Below are positions 37,581-51,695 of a stretch of DNA of 64,000 bases, piece by piece; positions within the stretch are counted from its first letter, which is position 1, and each line of letters begins with the position of its first letter. The translations under genes and the position numbers were made by a program. Below the pieces are notes generated by a model. The model was not told the origin of the DNA. It saw only the letters and a program-made list of their open reading frames with translations, and did not search any database. The DNA comes from the human T2T-CHM13v2.0 reference genome, Homo sapiens. The stretch lies in assembly GCF_009914755.1 (NCBI RefSeq), contig NC_060927.1; one strand, given 5' to 3'.

Positions 37581-37600
37581 TTGACCTCCCTGGAGGTCAA
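37581..37600. promoter_or_regulatory. Perfect everted-repeat nuclear-receptor motif (ER6: TGACCT-n6-AGGTCA)
   Basis: ttgacctccctggaggtcaa; motif match only, function unknown. Confidence 0.35.
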
Positions 37601-37937
37601 ATAACCAAATTCCCTTAATTACACCTGCTTCTAGGTAACTGAGGCTATTTATACATTCATATTGTATTCTTTCAAAGAGAAATTGGATATAGTGGCAGGA
37701 ATATAAGCAGTATGCTGTAACTTTAGAAATGTATGCATATTTACATACTTACGCACTCTATAGCTTATATTATAGTATGATTTATTACAGCAAATGAGCC
37801 CATCAGCAAAGGGCAATTTTTATGAAATGGCAGCAGCATTTAAAAAGCTTAAACACTGTGGTTCATATTTAGGCCTCAACCTGTTTGAAGGCACATTCTG
37901 AAATGTAGGCATAAGGCCCTAAAAAGATGTGAAAATA

Positions 37938-38237
<300 letters not shown>

Positions 38238-38371
38238 GTAAAAATAAACGTGCATTAAGTAAATAAGATTACACATTTAGTGAGATAAAACATGAACATT
38301 TAGAGAAACTGATATTTGGAGTATATGCAATCTATGGCTGAGAACATAGAGAGAAAATGTCTCCTAAGTGA

Positions 38372-38753
38372 TGTTCTGACTGATTTGTATTCCCCCGAAA
38401 TTCACATGTTAAAGTCCTAGCCACCAGTACCTCAGAATGTGACTTTGTTTGGAGATAGGGCCTTTAAAGAGGTAATTAAGTTGAAATGAGTTTATTAGGG
38501 TGGGCTCTACTTTAATATGACTTGTGTCCTTTTAAGAAGAGAAGAGATTAAGACACAGACAAGCACAGGGGGAAGATCATGGGGAGAACACAGTCATTTA
38601 CAAGCCAAGGAGAGACAGGCTTCAGAAGAAACCAAGTACCGACACCATGATCTCGTTCTTCTAGCCCCCAGAATAGTAACAAAATAAATGTCTGTTGTTT
38701 AAGCCACCTAGTCTGTGGTACTTTGTTATGGCAGTTCCCAGCAAACTAATACA
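38372..38753 (+). mobile_element. MLT1B-like MaLR solo LTR
   Basis: TG...CA ends; cagtacctcagaatgtgact...aataaatgtctgttgtttaagccacc...gcaaactaataca; 5-bp TSD agtga/agtgg. Confidence 0.88.
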
Positions 38754-38989
38754 AGTGGTTTTACCACTTCCCACTCCTTGATCTTTTTGCCCTTGTTTTT
38801 GAAGACACAAGTATTGTTTCAAGTTTTTCTTCTTGATTTGCCGGTGAATATAACATGATTCTCAGAATAGCCAACGAGGAAGTCACAAGGGTTTCATTTC
38901 TGTATTGAAGTGTTGGCTGAGTCAAGTTAGAAGCTGGGAGACCTTATATATTAAGTTTATCCTTGAACGGGAACAAAGGATAGGATGCT

Positions 38990-39470
38990 TATTATATTTG
39001 TAGATGACAAGAAACCAGAGAGCACAGTCAACACAAATCATCTTGATTGGCTGAATAGGAGTTAAGCTGAAGTAGAGGAAAATTCCAAAGAGAAAAATCT
39101 AAGTTCTTGAACTTAGATTCAAAAAAGTCAATTGCATAAGTGCAAGATGGGAAAGAAATAAACAGTGTATGTACTGAAAACAGTGTGAGTCAACTGAATG
39201 ATGAGAATGCCCCTAAATTCAGTGTGTTTATAATCCATCAATTATAGAGCCATTGTTTCCGGTGTGTCTGGTAATAAAATGAGCTGCTTTAGGAGGTAGT
39301 AAGCTTCCCATTGCTGGAGGTGCCCAAGAAATAATTGGGCGACTGCTTCTTAGGGATGTGGCAGAGGATACATAGATAGCTTGAAGACACACCTGTGGTT
39401 GAAGTTAAACTCACATTAATTGTTTCCTGAGAAATTGAAGACCTTCTGTCCCCATGTAATTCTGAGTTTT
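38990..39470 (+). mobile_element. L3/CR1 3' fragment
   Basis: aaaaagtcaattgcataagtgcaagatggg; gaggtagtaagcttcccattgctggaggtg resemble the L3 3' region. Confidence 0.6.
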
Positions 39471-40259
39471 TGGTATTGCGATTTTTAAATATTAGTAATT
39501 AGGAAAACTGGGGGAAGGAACTGGAGATAGCTCTGAAAGCCGATACCACTATTAATTTGCTTTTATCTCGAGTTATTGGTATCTTTTTTGAGAGAAGTCA
39601 TTTATTTAAATGCGGATTTGGAAACACTGGTCCTTGTATTGACAGTGGCCAGCCTGACAACTTCAGTTATTGACTGAATTTGATTTATTCTGAGGTTAGT
39701 GTCTTAAATGGTGATACGTTGATCTTGGTTTCCCCTCCGACCTTTGTTGCTTTTAAGATAATCAGAAGCTGATCTATAAAACATGTGTTTGCCTGCATAG
39801 ACTAGTGAAATCTTACACTGGGAAAAGTCCCCATTTTAATAAGCTTTAAACAAAAAATTCTACCTTACATGCTAATTAGAATCTAAATTCAGGTGTTAAC
39901 CTCTTTAACTGAAAGTGCATGTTGAGTAATTGCAGGAAAGGGGCCAATTTCAGGCACAGCAGTAATTACTGAATTAGTAGAAAAGTTCAAGTAGGGCTTC
40001 AGATTTCAGATCATTACTGAGCTTTCTGAGGAACAGCTAATCCTGGAGTGATTGGGCTTCTCACACCTGTGTGTGCACTTGTTTGTGTGTGTGTGAGCGT
40101 GAATAAGTATAAAGGAAGTTCCATTTAAATTTCAAAGAAATAATCTTGCAAACAACCACAGAATTAGATACTAATATTTCTTGTTATTTAAAAATATAAT
40201 TTTAATGACCTCTGAATTGACCTTTAATGCTTCCCTACTGATTTTAAAAATGAGGGGAA

Positions 40260-40575
40260 GTCTGGGTGCGGTGGCTCACTCCTGTAATCCCGCCACTTTT
40301 TAGGCCAAGGGTGGGTGGGGGGGGAGATCACGAGGTCAGGAGTTCAAGACCAGCCCGGCCAACATAGTGAAACCCCGACTCTACTCAAAATACAAAAAAA
40401 AAATTAGGCAGGCCTGGTGGTGGGCCCCTGTAATCCCGGCTACTCAGCAGGCTGAGGCAGGAGAATCACTTGAACCCGGGAGGCGGAGGTTGCAGTGAGC
40501 CAAGATCGTGCCATTGCACTTCAGCCCGAGTGACAATGTGAGACTCTGTCTCAAAAAAAAAAAAAAAAGGAAAAA
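40260..40575 (+). mobile_element. AluSg-like with G-run expansion
   Basis: Full dimer; gggtgggtgggggggg replaces ggcgggcgg. Confidence 0.92.
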
Positions 40576-40889
40576 ACCCCAGAATCTGTTCTATCTGATA
40601 AAATAACTTTGTTCTTAAAATTTAATCCCCGAATGTCCTGGGAATCAGCCTTTAATATGCTAAGAAGCATCTACCTCTTATATATACTCTACACTGAGGG
40701 CCTCATTGAATCTGGTTATCGCCAAAGGTTAATTAAGCTCTTAAACCTACTGTATACATTACATGATTTAATAATCATATGAAAGGACATCATGGGACGC
40801 AATGAGTAATGACAGGTAATGATGCTCCAGTGATATCCCCATCTTTGGTTGATGGTAGATGAAGCAATGTGAATAAGAGTTATGAACCT

Positions 40890-42720
40890 CATCACAGTAT
40901 CAAGCTAAAGAAGTTAGCTGTGCTTTATCAGAATCAGAGAGTAAAGTAAGAAGTAAAGTGACAAAGGAATCAGTAAGCAGGACATTTTACTCAATGAAAA
41001 GGAGGAAGTTCCAAGGATGATGGTGAAGGGGGATTGTAAAGGGTGGATGACAGCTGTGCAGCAGGCCACAGGAATTATCCATCCAGATTGTAGCGGGCAG
41101 CAGGCTCTAAGAGAATGAAATTAAGATGAACTTGATAGCATCCATGATGTGCTTAAATACACTGGAAAAGATTGAGACAATAGGAGAGTGTGTGAAGATA
41201 TATTGGTGATAAATATCTATAAAAATACACCAAGCTGAAACAAAAAGGTAAATGAAAAGAGAGAACCATTAACTAAAGAGAAAACAAAAAGTTATGAAAG
41301 ATGCTATGGAAATAAATGAAAGATATCTTTACCTCCTACTATGGTATGATCAATATATCCAGGTTATATTGTTAAGTTAAATGCTTCCATTTTCCTATAT
41401 ATTAGTTCTTTCTCGCACTGCTATAAAGAACTACTTCAGACTGGGTAATTTATAAAGAAGAGGTTTAATTGGCTCATGATTCTGTAGGCAGTACAGGAAG
41501 TATGGCTGGGGAGGCCTCAGGAAACTTACAATAATGGTGGAGGGGGAAGTAGACATGTCTTATGTGGCCAGAGCTGGATGAAGAGAGAGAAGGGGGAGGT
41601 GCTACACACTTTTAAACAATCGTATGTCATGAGAACTCACTCATATCATGAGAACAGCAAGGGGGAAATCTGCCCCCATGATCCAATCATCCTCCACCTC
41701 TTCCAAAATTGGGGATTACAAGTCAACATAAGATTTGGGCAGAGACACAAATCCAAACCATATCACCCTAATAATATCCGTTTGATTATATTAAAATTAA
41801 AACAAGCAAAAACTCATCTGAGAGGGAGGTTAAAAATAAAAATAAAAACAAGAAAAATACAATTCATAAGATAAATTTAAGGCAAGGGAGGCAATAGCCA
41901 GAAATTTTAAAATATATATTGCTTTATAGATTTGATTTTGGAACCAAGTTAACATTCTACTTAATTACTAAACAAAATTAATTTTTAAAATACAATCCCT
42001 AAAAAGCAAAATAAAATGAAACAAATGAACCTCACTGTGTAGCCAGTGAATGGCATTATCTCACAGAGGAAAACCGTTCCGAATGGCTTTTACAACACAG
42101 TTATTTGTCTATGTGTTCTTAGTGGCATATATTCTAAGGAGAATTATTTTCAATAATTATAACTGTTTTCAATAATTATATTAGCAGTAGTAGTATTGGT
42201 ATTGCTACTCTGAGACTATTGTATAATTATGTTGGTATCAACTGGAATATTCAGTTAAAAAAAGACAAATATGCAAGATCAATGAAGTTGAGAAAAACCT
42301 TGAATCTGTATTGACAGTATCAACATAAACTTGTATTTTATCATTATATATCTGTATCACATATATGTTACATATACATATCTTTTATCTGTTCACTGTT
42401 CACTAGAAAAAAATGATCAACCCAGTAGCAATAAGCACCACTCATGCTCATACCATGGTATCTAAATATAATTTCCCAGTAAAATGGAAGACCAGAGCTC
42501 TTTGGAGAGAAATGTCCTACTCCAGGTCTAAAGTAGGAAATGTACAAGATGACCCTGGAACATCTTGTCATATTAGAAAACAAGGCAGCTATCAGAGATT
42601 ACTGAGGTTCTGTCAGGACTTAGGAGCCAACTTGAAGAGGCCTCTGCTGGCAGACATAGGAATAATTTGAGTATATACGATAAGGGTAATAGCAATAAAT
42701 AGAAATATATCTAATATGGT
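40890..42720 (+). mobile_element. L1MC3-like 3' region, split by MSTA
   Basis: aaatgatcaacccagtagcaataagcacc...aggaaatgtacaagatgaccctggaacatcttgtcat...aggagccaacttgaagaggc. Confidence 0.72.
41398..41765 (-). mobile_element. MSTA-like MaLR solo LTR
   Basis: tatattagt...gactgggtaatttataaag...ggaggcctcaggaaacttacaat...atccaaaccatatca; 5-bp TSD tccta/cccta. Confidence 0.9.
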
Positions 42721-42928
42721 CATGCTATGGTTTCATAAGCGGTATTATTATTATTATAGTAATTATTTAGTAGCTCACCTAGTAATCTGTCTCTCCATTG
42801 AAGTTCTATGATACTTACTGCCTGTAACACTCATTTGATAAGGAGTGATATACCACCTTTTTTTCAATAATAGTTTACCTGTTGTATGCCTTTTAAAAAT
42901 TGGCTTATCTCTTAAAAATTGTATCTAT

Positions 42929-43230
42929 TGCCGGGTGCAGTGGCTCACGCCTGTAATCCCAGCACTTTGGGAGGTCGAGGTGGGCAGATCACCTGAGGTC
43001 AGGAGTTTGAGACCAACCTGACCAACACGGTGAAACCCTGTCTTTACTAAAAATACAAAATTAGCTAGGCATGGTGGCGCATGCCTGTAATCCCAGCTAC
43101 TAGGGAGGGTGAGGCAGGAGAATCGCTTGAACCCAGGAAGCCGAGTGAGCCAAGATCATGCCATTGCACTCCAGCCAGGGCAACAAGAGCAAAACTCCAT
43201 CTCAATAATAATAATAATAATAATAATAAT
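42929..43230 (+). mobile_element. AluSq/Sp-like with (TAA)n tail
   Basis: Dimer with a short deletion; (TAA)n at 43203-43230. Confidence 0.92.
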
Positions 43231-43395
43231 ATCTATCTATGAAAAAAATCAAAATATGGCAAAAGGTGTTTAAAAAAACTATTTCTTCACTCACACATTC
43301 CTAATCTCTTATAATTATCCCATCTATCTTTAAAAAGTAACTACTATCATATTTCATATAGAACACTTTTTAAAAATAGTATCCTTATCTAAGTA

Positions 43396-44768
43396 CAGTC
43401 ATGCACTGCATGACGTTTCAGTCAACGGTGAACTGCACATATGAAAGCAGTCCTTTAAGATTATAATGGAGCTGAAAATTTTCTATTGCCTAGTGACGTC
43501 ATTGCTGTCCTAATGCCATAGCACGACGCATTATTCACCTGTCTGTGATGATGCTGGTGTGAACAGACCTACTACGCTGCCATTCATATAAGAGTATAGC
43601 AATACAATTATGTATAGTACATAACACCTGATAATGATCAAAACAACTGTGTTCTGGTATATGTATTTTCTATACAATAGTTTTAATTGTTAGTGTGCAT
43701 TTATTTTATTTTTTAAGTTAACTGTAAAACAGCCTCAGGCAAGCCCTTCACAAGGTACTTCAGAAGAAGACATTCTTATCATGGGAGGTGACAGCTGAAC
43801 GCTTATTACTGCCCTTGAAAACCTTCCAGTGGGACAAGATGTGGAGGAGGAAGACAGTGATATTGATGATCCTGACCCTGTGTAGGCTGGGGTTAATGTG
43901 TGTGTTTACGTCTCAGTTTTTAACAAAAAATGTTTAAAAAGTGAAAAAAAAAAAAATAAATAAAAAATGCTTGTAGAATAAGGATATAAAGAAAATATTT
44001 TTGTGTAGCTGTACAGTGTGTTTGCAGTTTAAGCTAAGTGTTATTACAAGAGTCCAAGAGTTTAAAAGAATTAAAAAGTTTAAAAAGTAAAAATTTCAGC
44101 AAGCTAAGATTAATTTATTATTGAAGACAGATTTTTTTTTTTTTTTTGACATAGTCTTGCTCTGTCACCCAGCCTGGAGTTGCAGTGGCACGAGTGGCAT
44201 GATTTCAGCTCACTGTAGCCTTGATCTCCTCCCAGGTTCAAGTGATTCTTGAGCCTCAGGCTCCCAAGTAGCTGGGATGACAGGCATGCACCACCACACC
44301 TGGCTAATTTTTGCATTTTTAATAGAGACAAGGTTTCACCACATTGGCCAGGCTGGTCTCAAACTCGTGGGCTCAAGTGATCTGCCCACCTTGGCCTCCT
44401 AAAGTGCTGGGATTACGGCTTGAGCCACTGCATGTGACCCAGTAAAATATTTTTTATAAATTTAGTATAGCCTAAGTGTACAGTGTTTGGAGAGTCTACC
44501 GTAGTGTACAATAATGTCCTTGGCCTTCACATTCACTTACCACTCACTCATTGACTCACCAAGAGCAACTTTGAGTCCTAAGACCTCCATTCCTGCTAAG
44601 TGCCCTGTTTAGGTGTACCATTTTAAAACGTTTTATACAGTATTTTTACTGTACCTTTTCTAGGTTTAGATAGGTTTAGATTCACAAGTACTCACCACTG
44701 TGTTACAATTGCCTATAGTATTCATTATAGTAACAGGCTACATCCTGTTGTTAAGTGACACATGACTA
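43396..44768. mobile_element. Tigger3b-like DNA transposon with Alu insertion
   Basis: TA|cagtcatgcactgcat...ttaagtgacacatgacta|TA; internal ataagattataatggagctgaaaa-like sequence and ccttccagtgggacaagatgtggagg. Confidence 0.85.
44132..44440 (-). mobile_element. AluJ/S-like inside Tigger3
   Basis: Full dimer; small agtggca duplication. Confidence 0.9.
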
Positions 44769-44892
44769 TACACACGTATATTTATAGATCTCTATTTCTT
44801 TTAAAAAGGTGCACAAGTGTCGTTTTTGTAGAACAGTTCTTTCCTTGTATGTTCATTGCAGCATTATTCACAATAGCAAAGACATGGAATCA

Positions 44893-45231
<339 letters not shown>

Positions 45232-45593
45232 AAGAAAATGTGGTGCATATATACACCACAGGATACTACACAGCCATGACAAAGAATGAAATCATCTCCT
45301 TTGAAGCCACATGGATGCAGCTGGAGGCCATTTTCCTAAACAAATTAACACAGGAACAGGAAGTCAAATATCGCATGTTCTCCTAAGTGGGAGCTAAGCA
45401 TTGGATACACATGGACATAAAGATGGGAATAATAGACACTGGGGACTACTAGAGGGGGGAGAAAAACTACCTATTGGGTACTGTGCTCACTACCTGAGTG
45501 ACAGGTTCATCTATACCCAAAACCTCGGCATCGCACAATAAACCCATGTAACAAACCTGCACATGTACCCTCTGAATCTAAAATAAAAGATGA

Positions 45594-46283
<690 letters not shown>

Positions 46284-46318
46284 CTAATTCTATGGCTACT
46301 ATCTTACACCTTTTTTAA

Positions 46319-46698
<380 letters not shown>

Positions 46699-48024
46699 TA
46701 TGTAATTCTTTTTAATGAGTATAAAGTATCCCATTATACCGGTGTTCCATAATTTACCTAATTCCACATTGATGAAAAGTTAGTTAGATTTATTTCAGTT
46801 TTATGTGATCTTGTGTATTTGATATTACTGTTTAACTTTACACAAGTCTATACCTTAGTTGATTGTGAACTCTTCATTAGGGCATGAAGCCTATTGCAAG
46901 TTTCGTTATGTCACACACCGAAAGCTCTAGAAAATATGTACTTCAATGATGGTGTCTGCTTTGCCCTCAAATTGAAGTCTCCTTGAAAAATGTTCATACG
47001 TCATTTCAATACTGTAAATTTGCAGTTTTACTTTTGAGGTCCGTAAACAGATGCTAATAATTCATTATTATTGCCAGGGTAAACAAAAAGCTCTTTACAA
47101 AACTATAGACCACTTAGCACTTTATAGATCAAAGATAACACTTGACATTGTGTTCAGAGGTGAAGAAATAGTCACCACAACAAAAGAGGGCATAATCTAG
47201 TTTGAGCTCTAAAGACTGTGTCCTGGAGATTTGGGTTGATTTTGTCTTTATGGTTCTTGCTTTATCTTAGGACCATTAGATTTTGTTTGAAGGTGGAGGA
47301 TGAACAGCACACCACGTACCAACAAGCAAGACAACTGCAGACTCCCACATATTTTCCTCCTATATGTCTTCGGTGATTCGGATTCCTTACTCAAGTAGAA
47401 GATGACTTAAGCCTATCTCCATAACAATTAGCTACAGAATCATTTGCTCCAAGTTCAGGAAGCTCCTTTACCTGCTGCAGAGCAGCTTCTATTGTAATAG
47501 AAGCAAAGCCTGGTAGCAGACTGAAAAGACTTGAAAGCCATTCTATGTACATGGTAAAAGTATGAAATGCACCCCAAACAAAGCCTTGAATGTGTCTGAA
47601 GATCTCAGAGTGTGATTGTTTGCATCAGATTTTCTATCAGTGCATTTGTGAGGAAGATAAGAATCTATAATAGGTATGGCACCCTAATGCCAATACAGCA
47701 TTATTCCTTATATAGGTAAAATAATATTCTCATCATGAATTTAAAATGCTGAGGGGCATAAGCTACTTGTGTTTAAAGTAAGCAAACAAATGATAACACT
47801 GTCTAATAAAATCACTATTAAATGAGAGATGCAAGCATGCATGCATGAATGGATCCAGCAGAAAAAAAGAAAAAAAATCACTAATTCACTGGCAGTCTGT
47901 TGGTTTGTATTTCACTAATGTACAGGGTTTGTGGTTTATAACGTCATCAGAGTTGTACAACAGCATTATATCCCTGGGAGCTGTGCAGGTATCTCTCTCT
48001 TTCTCTTTCTGTTCTTTGCATACA

Positions 48025-48170
48025 ATGGGGGATCTAAGCCTGGATTCATGCCCTACCCAGGACATTTCCTTTTTGTGGCATGTGAGCAGAGCCGTTACCA
48101 ACGCTAAGATTTACTGCTTTGGGGATCGGTTCAGAACAAATGTTCCAAACAGCCGTCTGCCTCTGGCAAG
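48025..48170 (+). other. Candidate coding first exon (unverified)
   Basis: acaATGg Kozak context, 48 open codons, AAG|gtaatt donor, 4 CpGs in no recognisable repeat. Confidence 0.25.
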
Positions 48171-50367
48171 GTAATTTTGGACAAATTCAACAAGACTTCA
48201 AAGGAAGCCACCTACTACAATGCCTAAGGAGGATAAAGACCTGATTTAAATGAATGTATTGCAATTAGTGGGTATTTACTTTATATGTTGCCAAGTTCTG
48301 ATAGCTTTCTCTAACCCTCAGGGAAATAATATGTATGTCTACTTCTGGGGAGCTGAAGAAATGGGATATGGGCTTCCCGGAGAGACAGCTGTTGTGAACA
48401 TACACAGATCTAAAAGAGAGAAAAGATAAAAAGTTCATGAAAGCTGGAAACAAAGAATAAATGCAATGTTTGCTTTGAGGTGAAAAAAAAAAAAGGTGAG
48501 TGTAAGTGTTGTTCTTTCAGTGTCCTCCTCCCTAGAAAAGAGACCCTCTGTTGTAAAAATCTGTTTTTTTTGAAAACAGTTTGTATTAACTAAAGAAAAG
48601 TAAAGAAAGTAAAGAGGAGGCAACATTTAATATTGATAAATGCAGGAAAGCCAGTTATCAATTAAAGGAGTCTTGGACCACCGAGCTGATTTAGGTACAT
48701 CCTGAAATGCCGCGCTGTTAATCCAATCATTCAGCATGAAGCATTCCAGCAGTAGAGGAAATTAAGGATTAAACTGTGGTGGGAAGAATGAGAAAGCAAG
48801 ATGCTAGATGTATAGTCTGAGTGGACTTTAATCAAATCAAGCCAGAAACAGACCAAAATGGAAATCTAATAGTACAGTGTTTTCATATTCATGTTCACAG
48901 TTTCATTCCAGACCTTACATTTACAAGTGAGGTTTAGTGTGAGAATTGTTACAGGAAAAGACCAGAATGTTCTCTTAGTATTTCTCAAAGAATGAATGAG
49001 CAAACCAGCCCAAATTTAGTCAAGAAACAGCATAGAGACTTCTATTTGATGCAAAAGAGAGGGCAGAAGAAGCTACATGCCAAACAGCTCCCTAATCTGA
49101 TTTATCTTTGCCCTGAAAAGATCCCAAAGAGAGGGAAAGCAAATTACAATCTACTCTGTGTTCTTGTTTATTTCAGACAAAACACAATTGAGCAAATAAA
49201 CTCTCAACGAAAAATCTACTCCAACACAGAGATTTAAAGACAGGACTAAAATGAGTAGGAGTCTGTTAATCAATAAGATTGCTTTAGTCAGATTTTAAAA
49301 CTTGATTTATCGAGATAATCACCAACATTCTCTTCTGTTGGAGACGTGACCACATGCCTTCATCATATAGGTAACTAACATCTTCCTGAATTTTGGACTC
49401 AAAAACATATTTCGATGGTTAGAACTTATCAAGGGATTAAAACACTTTCTAAAAGTAGACTCCATGGAAAACTGCTCAAATATCCTTCTAGGAGTTGCCA
49501 TCAGTAACATATTTTCCAGCCTTCATCATTAAATATTCTGTAAACCAGCTAAATGTTTTATGGCTGTATATTTTTTCCTTGATGTTGCAGCATTCCTAGC
49601 CTAGAAAATTTACCATTGCCCTATTATTTCTGAGATTTCTGAGACTGTTGCTATCTGATTACTCTTGTTTTACAGGAAGTAGAAAAAGAGAATGAAACTC
49701 TGTAGGGACGGGGAGTGTGGCTTCTTCCAGCATGGGACTATTTGTTTTAATTAATCTTAAACCATTTTGACATGTGCTAATGGTTGAATGTAGGTATCTG
49801 GTAGGTGTGTGGCCTGTCGTGCCTCTCCCCTGCTGTTTACTTTAGCGACTTGTCTGTCTGAAAGTTATGATACCACAAAGCCTCCTTAGGGTCTTAGAGC
49901 ATGATGTAGCATGCAGACTTCAAAAAACAGCCCCGAGGGATACCCCTTTAAGCTGTTGCAGGTAGAACCACTGAGGTGAGGGCAGGAAAGCTTCAAGCGA
50001 ACAATGAGGAGGGAAGCTGGTGACTTCATCCTGGCTTCACCTGGGTGCCCTGAAACAATTAGGCAACTTCTATCCAAAAAAACTGCTCTCCTTTGGAAAG
50101 ATAAAGGGAAATCTGTTGTTAAGTGACTATTGTCACGTTCTGAATTGCCATGTGATGCTAATTTTTCATTTCCTGGGCCTGCCATTCCATCCAAATCACA
50201 TTTTGCTCAGCACGCTTCTTAACAAAACAGATCCAGTTGATTGGTGACTTTTAAGTGAGGAAGCTTTCTGATTTTTAAAAACACATTAGCAAAGGAATTT
50301 ATTCTGAGATAAGGAAGAATGAAGTGGCAGTGTAAAACATAATGACCGAGGGAAAGCAGCCTTTAAA

Positions 50368-50370
<3 letters not shown>

Positions 50371-50410
<40 letters not shown>
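50371..50410. repeat. (CA)20 microsatellite
   Basis: Uninterrupted CA repeat. Confidence 0.97.
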
Positions 50411-50411
<1 letters not shown>

Positions 50412-51001
50412 CAAATATGAGATTTGAAATAATCAATTTCTTTAACCTGGTGATCACAATTTAGCAAATATATTTTTGGTTTATCATTTCTGAAACAATT
50501 CCTTCTAACAAAATTTAAATTGTTTATTTTCCCTTGACAATCTTTTTGTCTTTTGTTATATAAGTAATATACAAATAGAGTATTATTGTAAAAGATTTAA
50601 CAATACTTCCATCACCATCCTACCCCCCCCAGCCCTATGTACACAGACACAATCATGCACACTCTCTCCCATTTTCAGAGATAACTGGCTAGTGTCAGAA
50701 GTTTGCTCTGTATTTTTTGAATCTCCTTGTGTCACATTTACATACAAATATACCTACTTTGGAGGCTTTAAATATGAACACAACAAGAAACATAATATGC
50801 CTGCTTTTTTGCAATTTTTCTTTTTTTTGCTTAATATGTCTTGGACATTTTTCAGTCAGCAGATATTTGATTCTCTGTATTTTTAAAATGGCTGCATGGT
50901 ATTCCTTAGGTGGAATTAGCATCTTTCACTTACTCATTCTTCTATTGATGGGCTTTAAGGTTGTATCTTTTATTTCTATTAAATTTTGAAATCCCCTGCC
51001 C

Positions 51002-51695
51002 CGTGTTAGGCTGTTCTTGAGTTGCTATAAAGGAATACCAGAGTCTGGGTAATTTATAAAGAAAAGAGGCTTAATAGGCTCATGGTTCTGCAGGCTATAC
51101 AGGAAGCATGGTGCTGGCATCTGCTTGGCTTCTGGGGAGGCCTTAGGGAGCATTTACTCATGGCAGAAGGCGAAGTAGGAGCAGGCAAGTCACATGGTGA
51201 GAGTGGTAGCAAGAGAGAGACAGAGGGAGGGTAGGTGCCACATACTTTTAAAACAACCAGACTTCTTGTCAACTCACTTATCACCAAGGGCATAGTGCTA
51301 AGCCATTCATGACGTATCCGCCCCCAAGACCGAAACATTTCCCATCAAACCCCACCTCCAATGCTGGGGATTATGTTTCTTTTTTTTTTCTTTTTTGAGA
51401 CGGGGTCTCGTTCTGTCGCCCAGGCTGGAGTGCAGTGGCGCTATCTGGACTCACTGAAAGCTCCGCTTCCTGGGTTCACGCCATTCTCCTGCCTCAGCCT
51501 CCCGAGTAGCTGGGACTACAGGCACCCGCCACCATGCCCAGCTAATTTCTTGTATTTTTAGTAGAGACGGGGTTTCACCATGTTAGCCAGGAAGGTCTCG
51601 ATCTCCTGACCTCGTGATCCACCCGCCTTGGCCTCCCAAAGTGGAATTATGTTTCAACATGAGATTTGGAGGGGACAAATATCCAAACCATATCA
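51002..51695 (-). mobile_element. MSTB-like MaLR LTR split by an AluY
   Basis: gttgctataaaggaatacc...gcatggtgctggcatctgcttggcttctggggaggcc...ggggacaaatatccaaaccatatca. Confidence 0.9.
51380..51642 (-). mobile_element. 5'-truncated AluY in MSTB
   Basis: TSD gggattatgtttc (51367-51379) / ggaattatgtttc (51643-51655); ends at cctcccaaagt. Confidence 0.92.

Noticed and set aside
47400-49450. Apparent cluster of TAATCC (OTX/CRX-type) motifs
   Set aside because: Three copies in 2 kb of AT-rich DNA is close to chance expectation
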